45,998 nt of DNA from Candidatus Dormiibacterota bacterium (GTDB taxonomy: Bacteria; Chloroflexota; Dormibacteria; Dormibacterales; Dormibacteraceae): the NCBI GenBank assembly GCA_035602315.1, contig DATNML010000012.1:1-45998 (forward strand). Reading direction: 5' to 3'. Positions 1 through 7,615 of the stretch are shown piece after piece. The position numbers were made by a program, and so were the translations under genes. How positions within the stretch are numbered: position 1 is the stretch's first letter; every line of letters starts with the position of its first letter. The notes beneath the pieces were generated by a model, which did not search any database, was not told the DNA's origin, and was given only the letters and a program-made list of their open reading frames with translations.

Positions 1-273
1 CCGTTCTTCGGCCGGCTCGCGCCGATTCCATTGGGCCCCGCCGCGATCGCTTTGCGTCTTGGCACGCCGCTTTTCCCTGTCTGCGTGTACCGCCTGCCCG
101 ACGACACCTACCAGGCCGAGGGCGCTCCGCTGGTTTTCGCCAAGAACACCGGGGATCCGAGAGGGGACCAGGTCCGGGCGACCGAGGAAGTGCTGCGCCA
201 GCTCGAGACCTTTATCCGGCGGCATCCGGAGCAGTGGCATGTTCCGCACCGGATCTGGGAAGGCTCCCCATGA
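1..273 (+). CDS. LpxL/HtrB/PatA-type lipid acyltransferase, C-terminal fragment (5' end outside window)
   Basis: Frame 1 is open from base 1; the listed ORF 31..273 is its TTG-trimmed tail. The tail GPAAIALRLGTPLFPV...FIRRHPEQWHVPHRIW resembles the C-terminal PEQW/HRR region of lauroyl/PIM acyltransferases. It lies directly upstream of pimA-like and PI-synthase-like genes. Confidence 0.6.
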   Translation, partial: PFFGRLAPIPLGPAAIALRLGTPLFPVCVYRLPDDTYQAEGAPLVFAKNTGDPRGDQVRATEEVLRQLETFIRRHPEQWHVPHRIWEGSP

Positions 274-352
274 GAAATCGCGGGGGGATCAGGATCTCCC
301 AACAGGCCCCCCTCTCCTCGCCACGATTGGGTGGCGGATTGATGAGGAACGT

Positions 353-387
353 ATGGGTGACGGCCGGAATAAATCCGGCCTACCCAT
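353..387 (+). other. Imperfect stem-loop in the acyltransferase-pimA spacer
   Basis: atgggt-gac-ggccgga / ataaa / tccggcc-t-acccat: two helices (6 + 7 bp) around a 5-nt loop with a small internal bulge. Function unknown. Confidence 0.3.
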
Positions 388-403
388 CACGCGGGGAATC
401 AAG

Positions 404-1570
404 ATGAAGGTCGGGCTTGTCTCGCCCTACGACTTCGCGTCGCCGGGCGGCGTCACCGACCACGTCCGACACCTCGCCGCCCAGCTGCGACACCAGGGCC
501 AGGAGGTGCGCATATTCGCGCCGTCAAGCCGCGCCGACATCGACTTCGACACGCGCGAGTTCTACCGGATCGGCACCCCCATCGCCGTCCCTGTCAACGA
601 CTCTGTGGCCCGGATCACGCTCAGCTTTCACCTGGCCAACCGAGTGTCCGCGATCATCGAGCAGGAGCGCTTTGACGTCCTCCACTTTCACGAGCCGCTA
701 CTGCCGGCGCTTCCGATCACGATGCTGCAAACGTCGACCACGGCGAACGTCGGCACCTTCCACGCTTTCGCGCACTCCAACATGGGCTACTACTACGGTC
801 GCGGCATCCTCCAGCCGTACCTGGATCGCATTCATAAGGGCATCGCGGTCAGCGAGCCGGCACGGACCTTCTTCAATCGGTATTTCCCTGATTTTCCATT
901 GCGCGTGATTCCCAACGGAATCGACGTCGACGTCTTCAAGCCCGGCCTGTCGCCCATACGGCACCTTCGCGACGACTGCGTCAACATCCTGTTCGTCGGC
1001 CGGCTGGAGAAGCGAAAAGGCCTCGGCGACCTGCTGCGCGGCTATGAGTTCATGCGTGCCCGGGTGCCTCAGAGCCGCCTCATCATCGTCGGCGACGGGC
1101 CGCTTCGAAACAAGGTCGAGTCTTACATCGCACGGCACCGGGTCCCAAACGTCGTCCTGGCAGGCTACGTGCCGGATTCGGTGAAGCCCCGCTACTACAA
1201 CAGCGCGGACATCTTCTGCGCTCCGGCCACGGGCGCCGAGAGCTTCGGCATCGTGCTCCTGGAGGCGATGGCCTCAGGCCTCCCGGTGGTCGCTACCGAG
1301 GTCCCGGGCTACATGTCGGTCCTGGAGCCGGGGCATGACAGCCTGACCGTCCGCCCCAAGGGCTGGGCCGAGCTCGGCGCCGCCCTGATCATCCTCGCGC
1401 GCGATGCCGAGCTGCGAGCTCGCATGGGCGCCTACGGACATCAGAAGGCCCGCCGCTATGCGTGGGAGGCCGTCGCGTCCCAGGTGATCGAGGTGTATCA
1501 AGAGGCGCGCGGGGCTGCGGTTCTCGCATCGAAGCCGGTCGAGGAGGCTCATGTTCACCACGCGGTTTGA
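404..1570 (+). CDS. pimA: GT4 glycosyltransferase, phosphatidylinositol alpha-mannosyltransferase (PimA)-like
   Basis: ORF 59..1570 trimmed to in-frame ATG 404; the upstream part overlaps the previous gene. The N-terminus MKVGLVSPYDFASPGGVTDHVRHLAAQLRHQGQEV closely follows the mycobacterial PimA N-terminus as I recall it. The C-terminal GT4 motif is GAESFGIVLLEAMASGLPVV. Sits in a PI-lipid gene context. Confidence 0.75.
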   Translation: MKVGLVSPYDFASPGGVTDHVRHLAAQLRHQGQEVRIFAPSSRADIDFDTREFYRIGTPIAVPVNDSVARITLSFHLANRVSAIIEQERFDVLHFHEPLLPALPITMLQTSTTANVGTFHAFAHSNMGYYYGRGILQPYLDRIHKGIAVSEPARTFFNRYFPDFPLRVIPNGIDVDVFKPGLSPIRHLRDDCVNILFVGRLEKRKGLGDLLRGYEFMRARVPQSRLIIVGDGPLRNKVESYIARHRVPNVVLAGYVPDSVKPRYYNSADIFCAPATGAESFGIVLLEAMASGLPVVATEVPGYMSVLEPGHDSLTVRPKGWAELGAALIILARDAELRARMGAYGHQKARRYAWEAVASQVIEVYQEARGAAVLASKPVEEAHVHHAV

Positions 1571-2264
1571 GGCCTGGGTCCGCCGCAGGGCGGAAGCATT
1601 GATGTCGGCCGTCGGGCGCGTGCCCCTGACGCCAAACCAGGTCACGGTCGTGGGCATGGTCCTCACCTTTGTCGCGGCAACGCTGGCCGCGTTTGGCCAG
1701 CTGCGCTGGGCGGGCGTAGTGCTGATCCTTGCCGGCACGTGCGACATCCTTGATGGGGCCCTTGCCCGATCGACTCACAAGAGCTATACGTACGGCGCTT
1801 TTCTCGACTCCACGCTCGACCGCTACTCGGAGGGCGCGATCTATCTCGGCCTCGCCGCGTACTTCGTCAGCATGGGCGGACCGCTCGAGAGGTGGTTGGT
1901 GCTCGCGACGCTGGCCGCGCTGGCGGGCTCGTTCCTCGTGAGCTACGTTCGCGCGCGCGCCCAAAGCCTCGGGTTCACGTGCGATTCAGGAGTCTTCGCA
2001 CGGCCGGAGCGGGTGGTCGTGACGGTGATCGGCTTCATCTTCGGTGGATACGTGCTCTTTGCGGTCGTCTTCCTGCTGGCCGTGCTCACGAACTTGACCG
2101 CGCTGCAGCGGATCCGCGAGGTCTGGCTGCAGGGACGCGCGCAGCGCCTGGCCCTCGAGCGCGAAGCGCGAGAGAACGAGAAGCAAGAAAACGATAGGCA
2201 AGAAAACGATAGGACAGACCGCGAGACGAACGCGCGGCGGGCCGCCTCCTCGCAGACGCCGTGA
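1551..2264 (+). CDS. CDP-alcohol phosphatidyltransferase, probable phosphatidylinositol(-phosphate) synthase
   Basis: Complete D-x2-D-G-x2-A-R-x8-G-x3-D-x3-D motif (CDILDGALARSTHKSYTYGAFLDSTLDR). Multiple TM helices. Overlaps the pimA stop by 20 nt. Acidic/basic low-complexity C-terminal tail. Confidence 0.8.
   Translation: MFTTRFEAWVRRRAEALMSAVGRVPLTPNQVTVVGMVLTFVAATLAAFGQLRWAGVVLILAGTCDILDGALARSTHKSYTYGAFLDSTLDRYSEGAIYLGLAAYFVSMGGPLERWLVLATLAALAGSFLVSYVRARAQSLGFTCDSGVFARPERVVVTVIGFIFGGYVLFAVVFLLAVLTNLTALQRIREVWLQGRAQRLALEREARENEKQENDRQENDRTDRETNARRAASSQTP
2183..2212 (+). repeat. Perfect 15-nt tandem duplication (gcaagaaaacgatag x2) inside the tail of the phosphatidyltransferase gene
   Basis: Read directly from the sequence. 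In frame, encoding QENDR-QENDR. Locally A-rich in an otherwise GC-rich window. Confidence 0.9.
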
Positions 2265-3211
2265 CCGACATCTTTTCCGGGGTCGTGGGCCATCAGCAGG
2301 CGCTCGAACAGCTCCGGTCACAGGCGGGCTCAGGGAGGCTTTCCCACGCCTACCTCTTCGTCGGAGAGTCCGGGCTCGGAAAGACGACGGCAGCCCGCGC
2401 GCTCGCATCGTCGCTGCTGCCCGAGGCGCCTCTCGCCCGCCATCCCGACTACTGGGAAGACGATCGCGTCAAGCCGCTCTCGATCAACGAGATCCGCCTC
2501 CTGCCTGACAAACCGCCCGAGTTCCACGAGCTTTCGCTGCAGGCGTTCCTGAACCTCAAGCCTGCGGTCGGCTCACGTCGCGTGGCCCTGGTCACGAACG
2601 TCGGCCGCCTGCGAGACCAAGACCAGAGCGTCCTCCTCAAGACGCTGGAAGAGCCGCATCCACACCGGGTGATCATCCTCACGACGCCGAGCCTCAACCC
2701 GTTCGTCGTGCTGCCGACAGTCGTCTCGCGCTGCCAGCGCGTGTTCTTTCACCCGGTGCCCTCGCCCGAGATCGAGAAGCTTTTGGCCGCGCAGGGCGGC
2801 GACGCCGGCCGGGCACGGCTGGTCGCCGAGCTGGCACGCGGCCGGCCCGGATGGGCGATGCGGGTGGCCGGCGATGAAGGTGTGATCGAGCTCCACCACG
2901 ACTGGACGCGGCGCCTCGAGGAGGTTTTCGGAGCGCCCGCCGACGTGTCGCTGCAGGTTGCGGCCGAGCTCGACGCGGGTCAGATGGCGTGGCGTCGGAC
3001 CGAGGGCGAGGCAGAGGACCCGGCGCTGTTCGCGATCGCCAGCTGGCAGATCGAGCTGCGCAAGCGGATGCTGGCGAGCAGAGGTCGCGAGCAGGGCCGT
3101 TGGGCGAGGCTCCTCGAGCTCTCCTACGACACCCTCGGCTACCTCGAGCAGAACGTAAGCCCACGTCTCGCTCTCGAGACATTCCTACTCGAATGTCGAA
3201 GAGCTTCGTAA
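2261..3211 (+). CDS. holB: DNA polymerase III delta-prime subunit
   Basis: HAYLFVGESGLGKTTAARALA (AAA+ P-loop-like), LLKTLEEPHPHRVIILTT and SRCQRVFF motifs. GTGA overlap with the upstream stop. Confidence 0.85.
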   Translation: MTDIFSGVVGHQQALEQLRSQAGSGRLSHAYLFVGESGLGKTTAARALASSLLPEAPLARHPDYWEDDRVKPLSINEIRLLPDKPPEFHELSLQAFLNLKPAVGSRRVALVTNVGRLRDQDQSVLLKTLEEPHPHRVIILTTPSLNPFVVLPTVVSRCQRVFFHPVPSPEIEKLLAAQGGDAGRARLVAELARGRPGWAMRVAGDEGVIELHHDWTRRLEEVFGAPADVSLQVAAELDAGQMAWRRTEGEAEDPALFAIASWQIELRKRMLASRGREQGRWARLLELSYDTLGYLEQNVSPRLALETFLLECRRAS

Positions 3212-4248
3212 GAAAGAGCCTTCGCGGCTTCAAGCCGTACGTCCCGGGCGAGCAGCCGCCCGATGGCGAAGACTGGGTCAAGCTCAACACCAACGAGTCG
3301 CCGCTCCCGCCCTCGCGCAAAGTGATCGAGGCGATCAAGCGCGCCGCCGACGACTCGCTTCGACTCTATCCCAGCCCGACCGCGGCGCCGGCCCGGCGCG
3401 CCATCGCAAAGCACTTCGGCCTCGATGCCGGGCAGGTCGCGATCGGAAATGGCGCCGACGAGCTGATCGAGATGTGCTTCCGCGCCTTTGTCGGGGAAGG
3501 AGACCGCGTTGCGTATTCGACGCCGACCTATCCGTTGCTCGAGCCGATGTGCACGATCCACGAGGCGGTGCCTTCACCACACCCCAGCGCCGAGATGTTC
3601 ACGTGGTCCACCGACCTGATGGATGACCCGGCCCCGCTGAAGTTCCTGGTCAATCCAAACTCGCCGACTGGAACCTGGCACGGCCGCGCGTCGGTCGAGC
3701 GAATCCTGCACCGCTCGGAAGGTTTGGTGGTGCTGGATGAGGCCTATGTCGATTTCGCCTTGGAGTCGCAGGTGGAGCTCCTGGGCAAGCACGAGAACCT
3801 TCTCATCCTGCGCACGATGTCTAAGTCGTACGCGCTGGCAGGCATGCGGATCGGCTTCGCGCTGGGCAGCCCTGAGCTCATCGCAGCGCTTGACGCGGTC
3901 AAAGACTCGTACAACGTGGACCGGCTGGCCATCGTCGCCGCGACCGCGGCGATCGAGGACGAGCAGTACCACCGAACGATCGTCGAGCACGTCGTCGCCG
4001 AGCGAGCCTGGTTGGAAGACCAGCTGCGCGAGCTGGGCTTCGAACACTCGCCGTCCGAGGCCAATTTCGTCTTCGTCAAGCCGGCGCTGGGCAACGCCGC
4101 CTCCGCGGTCGCAGACGCGTTGCGCGAGCGAAGAATCCTGGTTCGCCACTACGATCGTGACCCGATCGCCGGCTGGTTCAGGATCACGGTCGGGATGCGA
4201 GCCGAACACGAACGCCTGCTTGAAGCTTTGAGGGAGATCTTGATTTAG
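3193..4248 (+). CDS. hisC: Histidinol-phosphate aminotransferase
   Basis: ORF 2989..4248 trimmed to ATG 3193 (MSKSFVRKSLRGFKPYVPGEQP). Contains LNTNESP, NPNSPTG, DEAYVDF and the PLP-lysine motif MSKSYALAGMRIG. Confidence 0.9.
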   Translation: MSKSFVRKSLRGFKPYVPGEQPPDGEDWVKLNTNESPLPPSRKVIEAIKRAADDSLRLYPSPTAAPARRAIAKHFGLDAGQVAIGNGADELIEMCFRAFVGEGDRVAYSTPTYPLLEPMCTIHEAVPSPHPSAEMFTWSTDLMDDPAPLKFLVNPNSPTGTWHGRASVERILHRSEGLVVLDEAYVDFALESQVELLGKHENLLILRTMSKSYALAGMRIGFALGSPELIAALDAVKDSYNVDRLAIVAATAAIEDEQYHRTIVEHVVAERAWLEDQLRELGFEHSPSEANFVFVKPALGNAASAVADALRERRILVRHYDRDPIAGWFRITVGMRAEHERLLEALREILI

Positions 4249-4294
4249 AGATGGAACCGGGGATGCCGACCGGATCTTTGGAGCCCATGCGGCC

Positions 4295-4379
4295 CGATCC
4301 GTTCATTAGGAGCCCCGGCCCTTCGTCGTCGCGCATGCACAGATGCGCTCCTCCTAAGGCCACCCCTGCCTTCGGCTCG
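4295..4379 (+). repeat. Dispersed non-coding element, copy 1 (partner at 37496..37580)
   Basis: Ungapped same-strand alignment to 37496..37580. I count 69/85 identical (50/59 in the core 4321..4379). Contains the dyad gcgcat(4331-4336)-N6-atgcgc(4343-4348) followed by tcctcct. Weaker gapped similarity extends across the whole spacer 4265..4426. Confidence 0.8.
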
Positions 4380-4429
4380 GACCACCTGGATCTCCAAATC
4401 TCTCGGCCGGCCCCCCGGTCCCATCTCTT

Positions 4430-4996
4430 GTGAGCACACCGACTCGAGACGAGGCGTGGGAGCTCGTTACCTCGATGACGAAGACCGACCAGCTGCGACG
4501 CCACATGCGGAGCGTCGAGGCTGCCATGCGCGCCTACGCCAGGAGATTTGGGGAGGACGAGGAGCGCTGGGGCGTCCTTGGCCTGATCCACGATTGGGAC
4601 TACGAATCCGGCCCGACGTTAGACCTCCACCCGATGCGCGGGATCCAGATGCTGCGCGAGAGAGGCTGGCCGGAGGACATCCTCCAGGACATCGCCTCCC
4701 ACGCCGACTACCTGGACGTCCCGCGCGACTCGAACATCCGCAAGGCGCTCAATGCGGTGGACGAGATGTGCGGCTTCATCATCGCGTGCGCGCTGGTCAA
4801 GCCCGACAAGTCGTTGAGCGCAGTCGAGCCGAGCACCGTGCGCAAGAAGATGAAGGACAAGGCGTTTGCCCGCGGCGTGCATCGTGAGGAGCTCATCGCG
4901 GGACCGGAGGCGCTCGGTATACCCTTCGACGAGCACGTGGAGATCGTCCGCGATGCCCTGAAGCCGATTGCAGAGGAGCTGGGCCTGAATCCATGA
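4430..4996 (+). CDS. HD/HDIG-domain metal-dependent phosphohydrolase
   Basis: GTG start. H...HD signature (RRHMRSVEAAM ... GLIHDWDYE) and the size are typical of small HDIG hydrolases. Confidence 0.7.
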   Translation: MSTPTRDEAWELVTSMTKTDQLRRHMRSVEAAMRAYARRFGEDEERWGVLGLIHDWDYESGPTLDLHPMRGIQMLRERGWPEDILQDIASHADYLDVPRDSNIRKALNAVDEMCGFIIACALVKPDKSLSAVEPSTVRKKMKDKAFARGVHREELIAGPEALGIPFDEHVEIVRDALKPIAEELGLNP

Positions 4997-5976
4997 GCAC
5001 TGGCGGACGACCTCGGGTCCTCTTGATGCACCCGATCCTCGACCCCGGTCCGGCCATCCTCGCGGAGGCGGCCGACGTGATTACCTACCCGCCCGACCGT
5101 CCGCTCGACGAGGCGAACATCCGGCAGGCGGCAGAGGGTTGCGTCGGAATCGTGAGCCAGCTGATGGACCCAATTCGCGAAGCGGTGCTGTCGCTGCCGG
5201 GCCTAAAAATCGTCAGCAACGTTGCGGTTGGGTTCGACAACATCGACGTCGCCGCCGCAACCGCCCACAAGGTCATGGTCACCAATACCCCTGGGGTGCT
5301 CGACGACGCGACCGCCGATTTCGCGTTCACCCTGATCATGGCGACCGCGCGTCGAATCGTCGAGGCCGACAACTTCACGCGCCAGGGCAGGTTCCGAGGC
5401 TGGGCGATCGACATGATGCTGGGCGCGGACGTGTTCGGAGCGACGTTGGGCCTGATCGGCGTCGGCCGGATCGGTCGAGGCGTCGCACATCGCGCCAAGG
5501 GGTTTAACATGCGCGTCCTTTATTACGACCCGCACCCCTTACCACCGGACGCGGAGCAGCAGCTGGGTGCCACGCATGTCGACATGAATCGGCTGCTCGC
5601 CGAGTCCGACTTCGTTTCCGTCCATGTGCCGTTGACCCAGGAGACGCACCACCTTCTCAGCACGCCGCAGTTCGGTCAGATGAAAAGAACCGCGATCCTG
5701 ATCAACACCTCGCGCGGTCCCGTGATTGACGAGGCGGCGCTGGTCGAGGCGCTCCAGGCGAAGAAGATCGCCGGTGCCGGACTCGACGTCTACGAGCGCG
5801 AGCCGGCGGTGCACCCGGGCCTGATCCCGCTGCCGAACGTGATCCTTGCCCCGCACATCGCAAGCGCCACCGTCCGCACCCGCTCGGAGATGTCGGCCAT
5901 GGCCGCGCGCAACATGGCGACGGCGGTGCGTGGCGGGCGCCCGCCCAACCTGGTCAACCCAGAGGTCAAGAGATAG
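4993..5976 (+). CDS. D-isomer-specific 2-hydroxyacid dehydrogenase (glyoxylate/hydroxypyruvate reductase-like)
   Basis: ATGA overlap with the HD gene. NAD fold GLIGVGRIGRGVAHRA. Catalytic region INTSRGPVIDEAAL...GAGLDVYEREP...APHIASAT. Confidence 0.85.
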   Translation: MSTGGRPRVLLMHPILDPGPAILAEAADVITYPPDRPLDEANIRQAAEGCVGIVSQLMDPIREAVLSLPGLKIVSNVAVGFDNIDVAAATAHKVMVTNTPGVLDDATADFAFTLIMATARRIVEADNFTRQGRFRGWAIDMMLGADVFGATLGLIGVGRIGRGVAHRAKGFNMRVLYYDPHPLPPDAEQQLGATHVDMNRLLAESDFVSVHVPLTQETHHLLSTPQFGQMKRTAILINTSRGPVIDEAALVEALQAKKIAGAGLDVYEREPAVHPGLIPLPNVILAPHIASATVRTRSEMSAMAARNMATAVRGGRPPNLVNPEVKR

Positions 5977-5999
5977 CGCTCGCAACGAGGTATCGGCTG

Positions 6000-6809
6000 G
6001 TGGCCCTCGACCTCGACGGCACGATTCTCGACCTGAAGTTGAATCTCGACCCGCGAGACGTGGAGGCCCTGCACCGGATCATCCGAGCCGGCGTGACCGT
6101 GATCGCGTGCACCGGCCGACCCTTTCCGGGCGCGCTGCCGTGGGTCCAGAAACTTGGGCTGGACGGACCGATCATCTGCTACCAGGGCGCGCAGGTCCGG
6201 CTGCCGGATGGATTGACCATTCTCGACCACGGCATCAAGCACGAACTGGCGATGGAGGTCATCAACTTCGGGCGCGAGCGGGGCTTGCATGTCCAGGCGT
6301 ATCGAGACGACAAGCTCATCGTCGAGCGCGATCGGCCCGAGGCGCATGAGTATGCGAACCACGCCGGGATGGAGATCCATGTCGTCGGCGACCTCGACGC
6401 AGCGATGGGCCCGACCACGCCCAAGCTGGTGATCGTTTCGACCGCGCAGGTGTTGGAGGCGCTGCTTCCAGCGGCCCGGCAGCGGTGGGAGGGCAGGCTG
6501 AATGTCGCGACGTCGGTGCCCACCTATCTCGAGTTCACCAGCGTCGAGAGCGACAAGGCTTCCGCGCTGGCTTTCGTGTGCGGGAGGCTCGGCATCCCGC
6601 AAGATCAGTGCGTGGCAGTCGGAGACGGTCGCAACGACGCGTCGATGATCGCGTGGGCAGGGCTCGGCGTCGCGGTCGAAGGCTCCCCGCCCGAGGTGAT
6701 CGCCGCAGCGGCCCGGACGATACCTGGACCGGGCCAAGGCGGCATCAAGCAGCTGGCCGATGTGCTGGTGGAAGGACGGCCGGGCGCGCCCAGGGCGCAC
6801 CCAGACTGA
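6000..6809 (+). CDS. HAD-IIB (Cof-type) sugar-phosphate phosphatase family protein
   Basis: DLDGTILD motif I at the N-terminus and GDGRNDASMIAWAG motif IV. The GTG 6000 start leaves only 3 residues before the DxD motif, so the exact start is uncertain. Confidence 0.8.
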   Translation: MALDLDGTILDLKLNLDPRDVEALHRIIRAGVTVIACTGRPFPGALPWVQKLGLDGPIICYQGAQVRLPDGLTILDHGIKHELAMEVINFGRERGLHVQAYRDDKLIVERDRPEAHEYANHAGMEIHVVGDLDAAMGPTTPKLVIVSTAQVLEALLPAARQRWEGRLNVATSVPTYLEFTSVESDKASALAFVCGRLGIPQDQCVAVGDGRNDASMIAWAGLGVAVEGSPPEVIAAAARTIPGPGQGGIKQLADVLVEGRPGAPRAHPD

Positions 6810-7615
6810 TGGGTACCCTGCTCCTGGTCCATGCGCATCCCGACGACGAGGCGATCTCGACGGGTGGCGTGATGATGAAGGCGAAGGCCCACGGCCATCG
6901 AGTTGTCCTCGTCACCGCCACCCGGGGCGAGGCGGGCGAGATCTACAACATGGATGAGGCATCGTCTCGGCCGCGCCTCGGTGAGATCCGGACGGAAGAG
7001 CTCAAGGCCGCCGGTGAGATCCTCGGGGTCGACCGGATCGAGTTCCTTGGGTACCGGGACTCGGGCATGGTCGATACAGCGGACAACAAGGACCCGCGTT
7101 CATTTCACCAGGCCCCTCTCGAAGATGCGGCGGCCAAGCTTGCCGCAGTGATCCGCGATGAACGGCCTGACGTGGTCGTTACGTATGCCGAGGATGGCGT
7201 GTACGGCCATCCGGACCACATCAAGGCTCACTACGTAACGAATGCCGCGCTCGATCTGCTGGAGCGCGAAGGCTCGGCGCCGAAGAAGCTTTACTACACA
7301 GCAATTCCGCGTTCGATGATGGAAGAGTTCATGAAGCAGATGCCCGAAGAGGCGGCGCTGCGTCAGAACACAAGCATGCGGATTGCCGGCACGCCCGACG
7401 AGCTCGTGACGACACGCGTCGACGTCCACGACTACCTCGAAGAGAAGCGGAAGGCATTCGGCGCTCACGTGAGCCAGAACGACCCCAACTCCTGGTTCAC
7501 GACGATGGCGAGCCAGATCTACGAGCTGGCGTTCGGCACCGAGTACTACCAGCTGGCGCGCGGAAAGCCGGGCTCGTCGCTACCTGAAGACGACTTGTTC
7601 GCAGGAATCAGCTGA
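6809..7615 (+). CDS. PIG-L/LmbE family N-acetylglucosaminyl deacetylase/amidase, Mca/MshB-like
   Basis: ORF 6485..7615 trimmed to ATG 6809 (TGATG overlap with the HAD stop). VHAHPDDEA and YGHPDHI zinc motifs. The C-terminal ELARGKPGSSLPEDDLFAGI resembles the mycothiol-conjugate amidase C-terminus as I recall it. Confidence 0.75.
   Translation: MGTLLLVHAHPDDEAISTGGVMMKAKAHGHRVVLVTATRGEAGEIYNMDEASSRPRLGEIRTEELKAAGEILGVDRIEFLGYRDSGMVDTADNKDPRSFHQAPLEDAAAKLAAVIRDERPDVVVTYAEDGVYGHPDHIKAHYVTNAALDLLEREGSAPKKLYYTAIPRSMMEEFMKQMPEEAALRQNTSMRIAGTPDELVTTRVDVHDYLEEKRKAFGAHVSQNDPNSWFTTMASQIYELAFGTEYYQLARGKPGSSLPEDDLFAGIS

Noticed and set aside
59-403. N-terminal extensions of the longest ORFs: 59..403, 2989..3192, 6485..6808, 18779..19036, 20547..20762, 21893..21943, 36460..36534, 38617..38883, 44462..44764, 45063..45134.
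   Set aside because: The extensions overlap the preceding gene in another frame, are Arg/Pro-rich, and precede an in-frame start that matches the family-typical N-terminus.
4251-4433. ORFs covering the repeated intergenic element (4251..4433, 37450..37650, the tail of 37251..37601, 37502..37888) as possible small proteins.
   Set aside because: The two copies are open in a common frame for only one pairing. In that frame 9 of 10 differing codons are non-synonymous. In the other frames copy 1 hits a stop (tcc tcc taa). The sequences are Pro/Arg/Ser-rich noise.
5790-6800. Long ORFs antisense to or out of frame with confident genes. Examples: 5790..6800 (-), 7546..8376 (-), 9159..9929 (-), 10294..11337 (+), 11852..12889 (-), 11872..13398 (+), 21085..21801 (-), 22616..23620 (+), 27491..28483 (+), 33238..34122 (+), 37644..38360 (-).
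   Set aside because: Their translations are Arg/Pro/Ala/Gly-rich low-complexity strings with no motifs. Each fully overlaps a gene with clear family signatures. Long spurious open frames are expected in GC-rich DNA because stop codons are AT-rich.
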